The translations under genes and the position numbers were made by a program. A stretch of DNA of 34,162 nucleotides from Chrysochromulina tobinii (Eukaryota): contig JWZX01003084.1 in NCBI GenBank assembly GCA_001275005.1, positions 1-34,162 of the forward strand, given 5' to 3'. This document shows positions 7,927 to 18,078 of this stretch, one piece after another (within the stretch, counting starts at the first letter, position 1; each line of letters starts with the position of its first letter). The notes under the pieces were generated by a model that worked only from the letters and a program-made list of their open reading frames with translations, had not been told where the DNA came from and searched no databases.

Positions 7927-10900
7927 TCACGGGCGTGAGATGCGGATCAACGGTGAGGTCAATTGAAGCAACTCGCTCTGCTGCTGCTTGATGCACAGGC
8001 GTCTGTATTCCCAGGACTGAGACTGCGCCATGTCCTCCTCTTCCATGCGCTTCACCGCTTGGTAGATTTGGTCCTTTGGGCCCTTGTGAGACTTGGGCTC
8101 TCCACGCACACGCGTAAGATCAGCCTGACTTCGAGCCCGTTGCATACGGAGCACCTCCTTCTTTCGCTGAGTGAGCTCCTCACGCCGAATAAGTGCCTGA
8201 GCCATCTCAGCAAGGCGTGGGGTGATTGGAGCGTCCGGCTGCTCTTTCTCTCGTACGTCCATCGTCCGTCGCAACAGCGCGATTTCACGACGGAAGCGCG
8301 AGCCGATAGCGCCTGGCCCTGAATTCTTAGCCGATTCTCCTGATCCTTCAGCGGACGTCGGAAGCTGCTGGGAGACGCCGAAAGTCACTTGAGTGCTCAA
8401 CGCGGATAGCAGCTCAACGATATCGAGCGTACTGGGCGCCGACAGCAAGGCAACGGGTCCCTGCTCGGTCTGGTTCGTCTGAAGACCTGCCTGCTTGATT
8501 GCTGCGCAGAGTAATGGCTCCGTTTCCTCATCGAGAACTCCTTTAAGCTCGGACAGCTTCAAAGCAAGTTCGTCTAAATCTGCCGCGGCGCGAGTATACA
8601 GAGCCCGCACAGCAAGCGACTGCGCCTCTTCCGATAGCGACTGCAGAGTCATCGCTGGAATCGCAGCAGTAAGGGAGAGCGCTGGAATTTCTTCAGCCCA
8701 GAACGAGCCCGAGATCCTTGGCGACCTTTGGGGGCTGATTGTGCTCCTCGCCGCACGTGACATCGGCGGCTGACTGATCGGCCGAGCCCCAGGGGGAGGC
8801 GCAACGGTGCACGAATCCATATCAGGCTCAGTATCAGCGATGCCATGCGCGAGCCATTTATCGCGCACGTTTCGCGTCGGCGACGCACGCACCACCTCAT
8901 TTTTGTCGTCGTTCTGTGGTCGCAAATCCATCAGACGGCCAGACCGTTGCTGGCCTTGCCCGAGATAAGGCACCGACTGCGTTCGATGCACTGGCGTGAG
9001 GAAACCCTTCGAGCGCGTTTCGCGATGACGGCTGAGCGGTACAACCGACGAGGAGTAGTGAGGATGGTACACCGTGCCTCTTGATAGCGACGGACGCACA
9101 GCGTAGACTGAGTCCATAGGACCAGATGTCGTTGCAGGTCGACGATCCTCGTCGCGCAGCCGTGGCAGCCGCTCACCTTCTTCTCCACGGCTGCCTCGCA
9201 CGCCGAGCTGTTCTCCACTGCCCCACGGTGAGACACCGTCAGCAAACGTCAGTCCTGGGGCTGATTGATGATCATGCGATTGACGGTGTTTGTCGAATTG
9301 GCTGCGCGCACTAGAGCGGCCTTCCACCGCAGCTACACCGGCGGCTGGTGCCCCTGCGTTCTCCAGCGCCGCAGAGACCGGCACCATAGCGGGCGACCGT
9401 GTCGTCTGCTCCGGCTCTGCGCCTCTGCGGCTCGCCGGAGAGCTGCTCTCCGGCTCGCTCCTGACTGGAGACAGTCGTGCAGGGGTCGGAGCGCCGGCTT
9501 CCGGATTCTTGCTCGTGATTACATGCTCGGGTGCAGCATGCGATGGATCGTGCCTCTGCTGAAGCAAAGGCGTCGATACACGAGTGCCACGCGACGGCGT
9601 CGAGCTGGGGCTGATGTGCCGACTGGCGAGGCTGTCCGTTGACTGACGCGGCGGCGTCTTGTCGCGGTGTTGCGATGGAAGCGGCGCAACATCATTCAGC
9701 GAAAATTCGCGTATCTTCGACTCGCGTCCTGGAGTCGAGACTCGGCTCCCTTGCTCCTGTCGACCTTTGGAAGACGGCGTCGAGCCACGACTTGCCTCCC
9801 GGCGGAGCCATCGGGCCCTCGCCAGCTGTTCTGTCTCTGTGCTGGACGGCAGCAAAAGCGTACCAAGGGCCTCCGCCAATTCTGCCACTCGACGTGCGTC
9901 TGTCTCCACGAGTTCTTCGTTGCTGGTATCAGCGTTCAACCCGCTACTTGCTTGACTCAGCAAGGCCGAGAGGCCTTGTGCTTGATGCGTATCCATCAAG
10001 TTGATTGCTGCCTCCTCAAGCTGCTGCAATGCACCGCGGAGGCCCTCGTATTCTTTGGGCAGAACGGGGCCGGAGACGATGGTGGCTCGCTTCCCACCGT
10101 ACGTGGTCGACGCTTCGGCTGACTCCAGTCTCACCTTCATCTTTTTAAGATCGCGCTCCAGGGTGGCTACCTTACTTTCTGCCGTCTTCTGGAGCTCGAT
10201 CAGGGCGTTCTCTGCAGTGGCTGCGCGCTTTCGGTACTCCTCATAGAGACCTTGAGCTCGAGTTTGAGCCTGTTCGGCGGCAGCTCGCACTTGCGCTTTT
10301 GTGCTCACTTGCAGGTCGTTCATAGCTTTTTGAGCGACCTGGCCGTTCTTTTCTAAAGCTTCGGTCATATTTGCGAGAGCCTGCTTCAACTCGGCAGCAC
10401 GCTGCTCGTTTGCGCTGTTCTCGTCCGTCAGTTTCGAGATACGCTCAAGCTGCGCTTGGGTAATCCTCTCAAGGTCAACGACGGATGCCTGATATTTCTC
10501 AATGTCTGACTTCAGCTTTGCCAGCTGGCCCTCGGTCTGACCTTGCTTTGCTGTCTCCTCAGCAGACTTCATCTTCAGCTCCATGATGGCCACTAGCTCT
10601 GGCGAAGGGCCACCTGGCTTGACAAGTTCCCTCTTCTTCTCCATCTCTGCTGCGAGGTTCTTGGTGAACGCTTGGGCAATGGCCCTCGCACGTCGGCTTG
10701 CTGACTCTCGCCTCAAAAGAGTTGTCTTCTCTGCCAAGTCCGCCTCCAGCTGCTTGCATCGTGCCTCGGACGCTTCACGCAGCATGGCCATCGCCTTCAG
10801 CTTTGTTTCGAATCGCTCTTCCGATGCTAGCTTGAACGCATCCATCTCAGACAGCAGTGCAGCCTTCTCGGTGTCCCTCACCTTTGTCTTCTCTGCAGCA

Positions 10901-13900
10901 GCAAGTGCGTCCATCCGTGCAGCCGAGAGTGTTTCTTGAAGAGAGTCCACCTGGGCATTCAGCTCATCTCGCTCCTTCTTCAATGCGAGCGTGAGGCGTT
11001 CTTCAGATGCCAGCTTAGCGACGAGCGCTCCCTCCGGTGCCTCAACCTGCCGACACCCTGCTGCCGGGCCCTGCCCGAGCAGCTCTGCGTTCAGGCGCTT
11101 GACTTCTGCAAGCTCCTCTTCGGCATCAGCTAATTTCTTTGCAAGGGCTCTTCTAGCCTTACTAGAGTTCTCCGTCTCTTTCATCAAAAGCTCTTGGTCA
11201 CGCTTGTCCCTTCCCTCTTGATATTCATTGTGTTGCTGACGCAGAGCCTCAACCTCCTTCGTCAGTGAGGCGTTCATCTCGAGGGCCTTGGCCTCACGCT
11301 CGGCGTAGTCCTTTATGCTCTCGCGTAGGCTCTCGCGTAGAAGAAGCAGCGCTTCTTTCTCCGATGCGAGTTGCTTAACTTCTTTCACGCCACTGGTTTT
11401 CTCAACCGTTAGCGTCTTGCATTTGAAGGTCAACACCGAGAGATCCTTCTCCATCGAGGTCACCTCCGCTTCGAAGCAAGCTGCGCGTACGGCGTTACGG
11501 GCTCCCTCGACATCGTCCACCGAAACCATCACAGGTTTTCTCGTCGTTTTGTTCAGTCGAGCTTCTGCTTGCATCTTCTTGATGGCTGCTGCGTGCTCCT
11601 GCTCGAGGGATGTGCATTTGTCCTTCCACGTCTCTAGCTCCGACGTGATCATATCATTGCCTTCTTTTGTTGACCGTAGTTTAGCTCTGGCCTCTAGCAA
11701 GTCTTGGGAGAGCTCATCCCGACGTTTCTGAAGCTCCTTGATCTTTGCCTGATCGTTTTCGGCACGCTTCCTCGCAATCTCTTTGACTCGCTCCTCTCTA
11801 GCTCGCGCGGCTCCATGGGAGTGGAGCGAGTCGGGGTCATCGTCAACCGCACCACCAGCAGCGGCGTGGAGCTCAATGTTCTCGCAGATCGGGCAGGAGA
11901 AATTCTCAAACTTGTCAGTCAGTTCCCGCTTCTCCTTCTCCATCGTAGCACTCATCTGATGGAGCTCATTGGTAGCCTTTTCACGAAGCTCCCTCATCTC
12001 AAGAGAGGATCTATCGCGCATCTCCTTTATCTCGAGGGCGGCTTTGTCGCGTAACGCTTGCATTTCATTCTCGTAGTTGGCTCTCATATCCTCGAGTCGT
12101 GCCTCCAAAGATGCAAGGGCACTGCTCATCGCTGCTGTAGAATTTGTGTCACCTGGGGTGAATGGTCGGCTAGCCGCTGTGCTGGCAGCTTTGCTAGTCT
12201 GGGTTGCAGCATATTGACCCGGGGTGTACGGGCGGCTGGGGAGGGTGCTTGTCTGAGTTTCAGCTGCCCGCTTGAGCGCCAGATCAGCCGCGTTCGTGAG
12301 AAGCTGGTGGTCAGTCAGCTCCAGGCCGCGGGAGGTCAAGCAGACCTCGTCGAGGATAGCGAACGCCGCTGGGGCAGCTGCGGCGGCATTGTCGGGTTGT
12401 AGGGCGTCACCCGGGGTGTAAGGACGGCTCCCAGCGAGACTTGGTGCACCTCCTGCCCCGTTGCCACCTGGCTCACCTCGGGTGGAGGGCCGACTACCGC
12501 TGCGACTAGCCGCACCGGAGGTGTCTTTGAACCCCTTGAGCTCGGATGGGTTGGCATCGGTAGCTTCACCACCAGGCGCGGGATCGGTAGCTTCGCCACT
12601 AGGCACGGGAACACGCTCCTCGTGATTGGCAGCGCCGGATGAATCACCGGAATTTGGGGCGAGGTCACCGGAATTGCGGCGAGCCAGTGGCGAGCCCCTC
12701 TGAGAAGTGGGCTTAGGCGAGCCCGGCTCCTGAACCGCCAGCATTGGTGACGCAGATCTAGAATTCGCGCGCTCTTCAGCATCCCTTGCAGCTGCTATCG
12801 CTCGTTGGGCATCATTTTCTCTTCGTTGGGCTTCTTTTTCACTGGCAGAGGCTTGGTCCATGAACTTGTTGGCTTGTTTCTCCGCTTCCCGAGCCCTCGC
12901 CTCTGCTGCCTTGGACTCTTCAGCTGCTGCGAGAGCGGCGTCTCTTTCTGCCTGCGCCCCTGCGACCAAACTTTCTGCCCGAGCCGCCCTCTCTAGCGCC
13001 GGGCGGATAAGCTCCTCCGCGGCCGCTGCCCGCTTTTCGGCATCGTTCGCACGCGATTCGGCATCCGTGGCACGTGATTCGGCATTTTCAGCGCGTTTCT
13101 CCGCCTTCGACAGCCTCAATTGCAGATCTGCCAGCTCTTTTCGGGCTACATCAAGCTCAAGTTTAGCCGCATCTGCCTTGTTCTGAGCCTCCTTTACGAG
13201 CCCTTCGAGATCGGCGCGCATGTTGTCCACCTCCTCCCTCGGCACTGCTTCCTCGAGCGAGCTCTTTGCCTTCTCAAGAGCGTCTTGAGATTTGCGTAAG
13301 CGTTCCGTTAGGTTGTCGATCCTCATTTCAGCCTCATAAAGCTCGGCGGTGGCGGTCTGTCTCGCTCGATACGCATCCTCCTCGACGCTCTCTAATGCAA
13401 GCTGCGTGTCGAGGGCGAGCTTTTCTGCGACTTGGAGGTTCTTTTTCAGAGCACCTCTTTCAAGTTCGTACTTATCGACATCGAGTTTGTGCTCCGCTCG
13501 CAAACGCTCCATGGCTATCTCAGCGTCGCGTGACTGGGCCTTCTTCTCGGCGTTCATTTTGGCGATTCGCTCGTTCAAGAGAGCGATCTCTTGGGCTGAT
13601 GCCTGGAGCTCCTCGTTGCGCAGTATCAGATCTTCTTCAGCCTTATCTTTGGCCCTGCGAAACGCGCTGACGTCGGCACGCAGCTTGTCCGCCTCCTCCT
13701 TCGTCATCGGTGGCACCGGAGGCGGCTTGGCGAGCTCTTTCTTGAGCTCCCGGACCTCTGTCTCCAGCTCCTTGATCTTCTCATTCGCTGTTTTCTTGGC
13801 CTCTTCAGCTGTGCCAAGGCGTGCCGCGGTTTCATTGAGCTTCTGAGCCTTCTTCACAAGCTCTTCCTCCATGGCCGTGGCCTTTTGCTTCTCCTTCTGG

Positions 13901-14616
13901 ATCTCCGATTCTTTCTCCTCAACCTCGCGCCCGAGCTGGCCCATCCGCTTATTGATTTTGCCATACAGCTTTTTCTCCTCGGTGCGCACCTCTCTGATGC
14001 GATCCGTGCTCCGCGTCTTGTGCTTTGCGGCAGGTTCTACGAGGTCTTCAGAGGCGCTCTCAGCAACAGTCGTTTCTATGCGCTTTGCGAGCTCTGGGTC
14101 CACAGAAGGTTCCTCCTCATCTGCCTCCTCATCGCTAAGCGCAGATGAAATGGCCTCGTTGACCGACTCGAGGGCGACATTGCGCTTTGTGGCGAGCTGC
14201 TGCGTCTTACTGAGCATATCGCCGACGTGACTTTTCAGCTTGTCGACGTCAAACCAGACATCACCAGGCATTCCTCCGGGTTCCTCCCACGGCTGGATAA
14301 TTCCACCGATCCTTTCCATGATGAGCTCGTGCTCGGATGGTCCTGCTACTGCCTCAGGCTCTGGCTCGCTCGGCGGTGGCAGCGGCGGTTGCTGCTTTGG
14401 TGGTGGTGGCGGCGGCGGAGACTTACGCACGGTATGGAAGAGCTGTGGCTCAGGCCTCTTAGGTTTTCGATTGGAGCCACGACTCTGGCGCTTTTCTTCA
14501 GGAGACGCGTACTCCATCAAGAGGTTGCGGGACGCGATCGCCGGAGGCGGCGAGGTGAAGTAGTCAAATGAACCCAAGGAGGGTGGGTCTATCCTCCGAG
14601 GACTCACGGCCCGCAT
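7927..14616 (-). CDS. Very large coiled-coil / disordered protein (2229 aa), function unknown, possibly cytoskeletal or basal-body associated
   Basis: Uninterrupted 6.7-kb ORF; long E/K/A/L heptad-rich segments alternate with Pro/Ser-rich disordered regions. Confidence 0.85.
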   Translation of the reverse strand: MRAVSPRRIDPPSLGSFDYFTSPPPAIASRNLLMEYASPEEKRQSRGSNRKPKRPEPQLFHTVRKSPPPPPPPKQQPPLPPPSEPEPEAVAGPSEHELIMERIGGIIQPWEEPGGMPGDVWFDVDKLKSHVGDMLSKTQQLATKRNVALESVNEAISSALSDEEADEEEPSVDPELAKRIETTVAESASEDLVEPAAKHKTRSTDRIREVRTEEKKLYGKINKRMGQLGREVEEKESEIQKEKQKATAMEEELVKKAQKLNETAARLGTAEEAKKTANEKIKELETEVRELKKELAKPPPVPPMTKEEADKLRADVSAFRRAKDKAEEDLILRNEELQASAQEIALLNERIAKMNAEKKAQSRDAEIAMERLRAEHKLDVDKYELERGALKKNLQVAEKLALDTQLALESVEEDAYRARQTATAELYEAEMRIDNLTERLRKSQDALEKAKSSLEEAVPREEVDNMRADLEGLVKEAQNKADAAKLELDVARKELADLQLRLSKAEKRAENAESRATDAESRANDAEKRAAAAEELIRPALERAARAESLVAGAQAERDAALAAAEESKAAEARAREAEKQANKFMDQASASEKEAQRRENDAQRAIAAARDAEERANSRSASPMLAVQEPGSPKPTSQRGSPLARRNSGDLAPNSGDSSGAANHEERVPVPSGEATDPAPGGEATDANPSELKGFKDTSGAASRSGSRPSTRGEPGGNGAGGAPSLAGSRPYTPGDALQPDNAAAAAPAAFAILDEVCLTSRGLELTDHQLLTNAADLALKRAAETQTSTLPSRPYTPGQYAATQTSKAASTAASRPFTPGDTNSTAAMSSALASLEARLEDMRANYENEMQALRDKAALEIKEMRDRSSLEMRELREKATNELHQMSATMEKEKRELTDKFENFSCPICENIELHAAAGGAVDDDPDSLHSHGAARAREERVKEIARKRAENDQAKIKELQKRRDELSQDLLEARAKLRSTKEGNDMITSELETWKDKCTSLEQEHAAAIKKMQAEARLNKTTRKPVMVSVDDVEGARNAVRAACFEAEVTSMEKDLSVLTFKCKTLTVEKTSGVKEVKQLASEKEALLLLRESLRESIKDYAEREAKALEMNASLTKEVEALRQQHNEYQEGRDKRDQELLMKETENSSKARRALAKKLADAEEELAEVKRLNAELLGQGPAAGCRQVEAPEGALVAKLASEERLTLALKKERDELNAQVDSLQETLSAARMDALAAAEKTKVRDTEKAALLSEMDAFKLASEERFETKLKAMAMLREASEARCKQLEADLAEKTTLLRRESASRRARAIAQAFTKNLAAEMEKKRELVKPGGPSPELVAIMELKMKSAEETAKQGQTEGQLAKLKSDIEKYQASVVDLERITQAQLERISKLTDENSANEQRAAELKQALANMTEALEKNGQVAQKAMNDLQVSTKAQVRAAAEQAQTRAQGLYEEYRKRAATAENALIELQKTAESKVATLERDLKKMKVRLESAEASTTYGGKRATIVSGPVLPKEYEGLRGALQQLEEAAINLMDTHQAQGLSALLSQASSGLNADTSNEELVETDARRVAELAEALGTLLLPSSTETEQLARARWLRREASRGSTPSSKGRQEQGSRVSTPGRESKIREFSLNDVAPLPSQHRDKTPPRQSTDSLASRHISPSSTPSRGTRVSTPLLQQRHDPSHAAPEHVITSKNPEAGAPTPARLSPVRSEPESSSPASRRGAEPEQTTRSPAMVPVSAALENAGAPAAGVAAVEGRSSARSQFDKHRQSHDHQSAPGLTFADGVSPWGSGEQLGVRGSRGEEGERLPRLRDEDRRPATTSGPMDSVYAVRPSLSRGTVYHPHYSSSVVPLSRHRETRSKGFLTPVHRTQSVPYLGQGQQRSGRLMDLRPQNDDKNEVVRASPTRNVRDKWLAHGIADTEPDMDSCTVAPPPGARPISQPPMSRAARSTISPQRSPRISGSFWAEEIPALSLTAAIPAMTLQSLSEEAQSLAVRALYTRAAADLDELALKLSELKGVLDEETEPLLCAAIKQAGLQTNQTEQGPVALLSAPSTLDIVELLSALSTQVTFGVSQQLPTSAEGSGESAKNSGPGAIGSRFRREIALLRRTMDVREKEQPDAPITPRLAEMAQALIRREELTQRKKEVLRMQRARSQADLTRVRGEPKSHKGPKDQIYQAVKRMEEEDMAQSQSWEYRRLCIKQQQSELLQLTSPLIRISRP

Positions 14617-15479
14617 CGCCTACGAGTACAAGCTTCTTGTACCGCGCGCGCTCGATGTGACCGACCGAGCGGAAGGGTAAGTCGATGGCGCGGAGTTTCG
14701 CAATGAAACGTTCGCCGCACTTCGCCAGCCCGGTCGAGTGTTCGCGCTCAAAAATCGAGTCAAAGTACACTACTGTACATGTGTAAGCAGAATGTTAAGC
14801 CAGCGCTCTTGACGAACCCCGCTCCCGGGGGGCGCGCGGAATCCACGAAAACTCGAAATACTCGAAAAGGCGGTCGGGGCGGGTTGCTTCGCCACAAGCC
14901 CACAACACTTTTGACGATTTGAGTAAACTTGGTCGCTTGGTTGGTGATTGTGGTTCACCAAACTACACAAAAGTGAGCTGGTGAGCGCGACAGTTCCCAA
15001 GATCAACGATCCAGTCCCCGGACAGGGGCCTCGGATCCAGCCCCCGCTCGCCAATTGCCGCTCGCGCTGCTGGCGCGCGGTAGCGCAACTCGGCTTTCTC
15101 CCTCCGCTCGCTTCTCGGGGCCGCTCGGGCCGGGCGGAGCGGGCTTCGAATATGGCTTATGGGCCTAGTCTAGTCAAGTCAAGTCGAGTCACTCCCTAAG
15201 CGCTTTCAGGAGAGTCGTTTTGGACAAAATCCCGTTAACAATTCCACGGACCATGCAGTTCGCCTCCGTAGGTCCGTACCGTAGTCGCTCTCGCGTCAGG
15301 CCTTACGGTTATGCGTCTCCCGTCTCGCACCGCGGACCGCCGCGGCGCGGGCCGAGCTAAGGCCGGACGCCTTAAGAACGCCTTGACGCACATGACAACA
15401 TGTATTTGTAAAAACAAAAGTACAGGACACTGGCCGCGGCCATTCCGCTCGCAGCATTGAATTCCGCGGCAACCTGAGC

Positions 15480-16061
15480 TTACGCGCCACCTTCGTACAG
15501 CTTGCGGATCTCGTCTGGAGACGGCGGCGGCGGTGTCACACCACCATAGGTTGCCTGATCAATGTTCTGGCCAATAGGCACCTGAGCGAACGCGATGAAC
15601 CCAATCACGAGCGCGATGCCGGCTAAAATGGAACCAATGTTGATGCCAGCCTGCTCAGCATCTTGCTCTTTCCAAGCTTCGCTGAGAAACTCGTCTGGCG
15701 TTTCGGACTTCACGACCGCCACCTTTTTCCGGCTTGAGAGTGTGGCAAAGTCGAAGGCAGTGTCGACGTCAGCAGCAGTGGTACTGACAACAGACTTGCT
15801 TCCGCTGGCAGAATTTCCGATTTGTCGCTCGGCCGCTTCAGATTCCTGGCGCTTCTGCTCTTTGGCACGCTTGAGCTCGGATAGGCGAGCTTCCAGCGCT
15901 GCGATCTCTTCGTTGGATTCACTCATGAAAAAGCCCGGAGAGGTGATGCTGCTGGTGCGGCGGAGACTGCCATGCCTGCCGTGAGCGGGGGCGTGCATTC
16001 GCAGCGCATCGGCCACGGAGCACAGCGCGAGATAGAAGAAAGCCATTCGGGTCGCCGCCAT
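15480..16061 (-). CDS. Hypothetical protein with signal peptide plus transit-like region, short coiled coil and C-terminal TM helix (putative plastid membrane protein)
   Basis: MAFFYLALCSVADA-LRM signal, then a Ser/Arg-rich stretch, EEIAALEARLSELKRAKE coil and ILAGIALVIGFIAFAQVPIG helix. Confidence 0.7.
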   Translation of the reverse strand: MAATRMAFFYLALCSVADALRMHAPAHGRHGSLRRTSSITSPGFFMSESNEEIAALEARLSELKRAKEQKRQESEAAERQIGNSASGSKSVVSTTAADVDTAFDFATLSSRKKVAVVKSETPDEFLSEAWKEQDAEQAGINIGSILAGIALVIGFIAFAQVPIGQNIDQATYGGVTPPPPSPDEIRKLYEGGA

Positions 16062-16233
16062 TGACCTTCCCCTGTGGGAGCTCGCGCAAGAGATGTCAAT
16101 GTCGCTGAGGCATGCACCACGTCAGCGAGAAAACCCCCTGCAAGCCCTCTCTACTTTCCTCGCAGGTAGGTGCTCGTAACTCAGGGAACCTCCTGTTGAA
16201 AGATTCCTGTGCAATGATCTGTGCAATTCCACA

Positions 16234-17244
16234 ATGTCGGGCACCGCGGAAGTGGAGGCCTTCCTGGCGGAGATTGGGCTCGAGTCTTGCATCCAGGCGG
16301 TCGTGCACAATGGCTTCTACACCTCCATGGAGGCATTACGGGGCGCGCAGTACGAGGAGCTGGTCGACTCGGGAGTGCGTCCTGTGCATGCAAAGCTCAT
16401 CATCAGCAATCTTGGGACCAAGGAGGACTACGCAGGTGAATTTCGCGTGCCCGCGACCGACGGCGGCGACGAGGTCGGCACGTTTCTACGCAGCGTCGGC
16501 CTCGAACATTGCAGCACGCAGCTTGCCGCAGCCGGTCTGACCACGCTCGAGCTGCTCGGCGAGGCGTCAATGCAGAATCTGGTGAGTGTCGCCGGCCTGA
16601 AGCCGGTACATGCGCGGCTCATCATTTCCAACCTCGACTCGGCGTCGACCTCAGGCATCAGCGTGACGCCGGCCAACCACCGGCTGGCGTCGCTCGACGC
16701 GGAGGAGCAGGGCGGCTTGCTTGGCACGTCCAACAACAAGAAGCCGCCGCGTGGCCGTCGCTTATTCATCTACGGCAGTGTGCTCCTGTGCCTTATAGCC
16801 GTGATCACGTACTCTATGGGCGGCGGGAGCAGCGCGCCCAGGCCATCGCCACATGCAAAAGAGCCCAAGCCAGGGAAGCACGCTGGCCTCGGCACCGAAG
16901 GCAAGCACGCTGGCCTCGGCGCCGACGGCAAGCACGGCGGCGACGGCAAGCACGGCGGCGGCGGCAAGCACCACGGAGGCGGACAGCCGGCTGTGTCTGC
17001 AGACAGCCCGCATGGTAAGAAGAGTGATGAAGACAGCCCGCATGGTAAAAAGAGTGATGCAGACAGCCCGCTTGGCAAGAGGAGTGGTGCAGACAGCCCG
17101 CATGGTAAAAAGAGTGATGCAGACAGTCCGGTTGGCAAGAGGAGTGATGCAGGCAGCCCTCATGGCGGCAAGAAGGGTGGTGCAGACAGCCCGCTTGCCA
17201 AGAAAGGCGGCAAGAAGGTAGATGCAGACAGCCCGGTGCCGTGA
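16234..17244 (+). CDS. Protein with two SAM-like domains, one TM helix and a repetitive basic tail
   Basis: Two homologous units: EVEAFLAEIGLE...GVRPVHAKLIISNL and EVGTFLRSVGLE...GLKPVHARLIISNL. TM helix LFIYGSVLLCLIAVITYSM. Confidence 0.75.
   Translation: MSGTAEVEAFLAEIGLESCIQAVVHNGFYTSMEALRGAQYEELVDSGVRPVHAKLIISNLGTKEDYAGEFRVPATDGGDEVGTFLRSVGLEHCSTQLAAAGLTTLELLGEASMQNLVSVAGLKPVHARLIISNLDSASTSGISVTPANHRLASLDAEEQGGLLGTSNNKKPPRGRRLFIYGSVLLCLIAVITYSMGGGSSAPRPSPHAKEPKPGKHAGLGTEGKHAGLGADGKHGGDGKHGGGGKHHGGGQPAVSADSPHGKKSDEDSPHGKKSDADSPLGKRSGADSPHGKKSDADSPVGKRSDAGSPHGGKKGGADSPLAKKGGKKVDADSPVP
16999..17240 (+). repeat. Coding tandem repeat, ~30-bp unit (ADSPHGKKSD), about 8 copies
   Basis: Repeated gcagacagcccg(cat/ctt)ggtaa(a/g)aagagtgat; preceded by GKH(A/G)G repeats at ~16873-16975. 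Confidence 0.9.
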
Positions 17245-18078
17245 GTCTCGAGCGCGCACAGAGCGTTCGCAAATGCATGCATGGGCCATGGGCGATCCAA
17301 TTTGGCAGTCCAAGGTGCGTGCCACGCGATCTCGAGAGGAGATCGCGCCGTACCCATTCCTATGCTTGGGGAGGCTCCAGTGTTCTCTGCGGTGCAGGCC
17401 TCTACGCTCGCGGGCCTCTGGAGGCTGGAGCGCCGCCATGGCGTACGTGTGCGGCATGATGCACGTCGCGTGATCACGCACGCGCGATTCCACGGTCGCA
17501 TGTCGGGCATCTGCTTCATTCGGCGGAACCTTGCAAGTGCGGACTGGCCGAGCGACGGTGCACCGTGCACGTCGTCACGCGCACTCGTGGCCGTGCGCCG
17601 CGGCTGGGTCCCGCCACTGTTTGAGCTCTCTGTGCTGAGCATCTGCTGATTGCGAGCACTCGTCGTGCACCGCAGCGTCCTCGGTTCGCTCGGCGGTACG
17701 TGCCGGCCGTCGGTCACGCGCCGACACGCTCCCAGGTCCCAGGTTCCAGCAGCAGCAATTTTGAATTTAAGCTCAGGAATCAGGAGTGTGTTGTAAATCT
17801 CAGCATGCAGTAACACTGAGTCCCTAGATAGATCTCATACGCGTTGCTGCACACGTTAACGCACATGCGATTGCTGCATTTGGGGACTGTGGTGTCCGCG
17901 AGGGCAGCGAGCGCGCGCGGCGCGGCAGCCCGTGCCGGCCAACACGCGACAGGAGGCGGGCGCACGCACGCCGTTGCCCCGCATCGAACCGCACGGTCGC
18001 CGCGCCGCACCGCACACCCGCACATAGCTGTTGGAACAGAAACCGCACCTTGATCATGCTCGCTCGATGTGGCCACCG

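Noticed and set aside
17245..18078. Short ORFs between the SAM gene and CFAP299
   Set aside because: No recognisable motifs; most likely convergent 3' UTRs.
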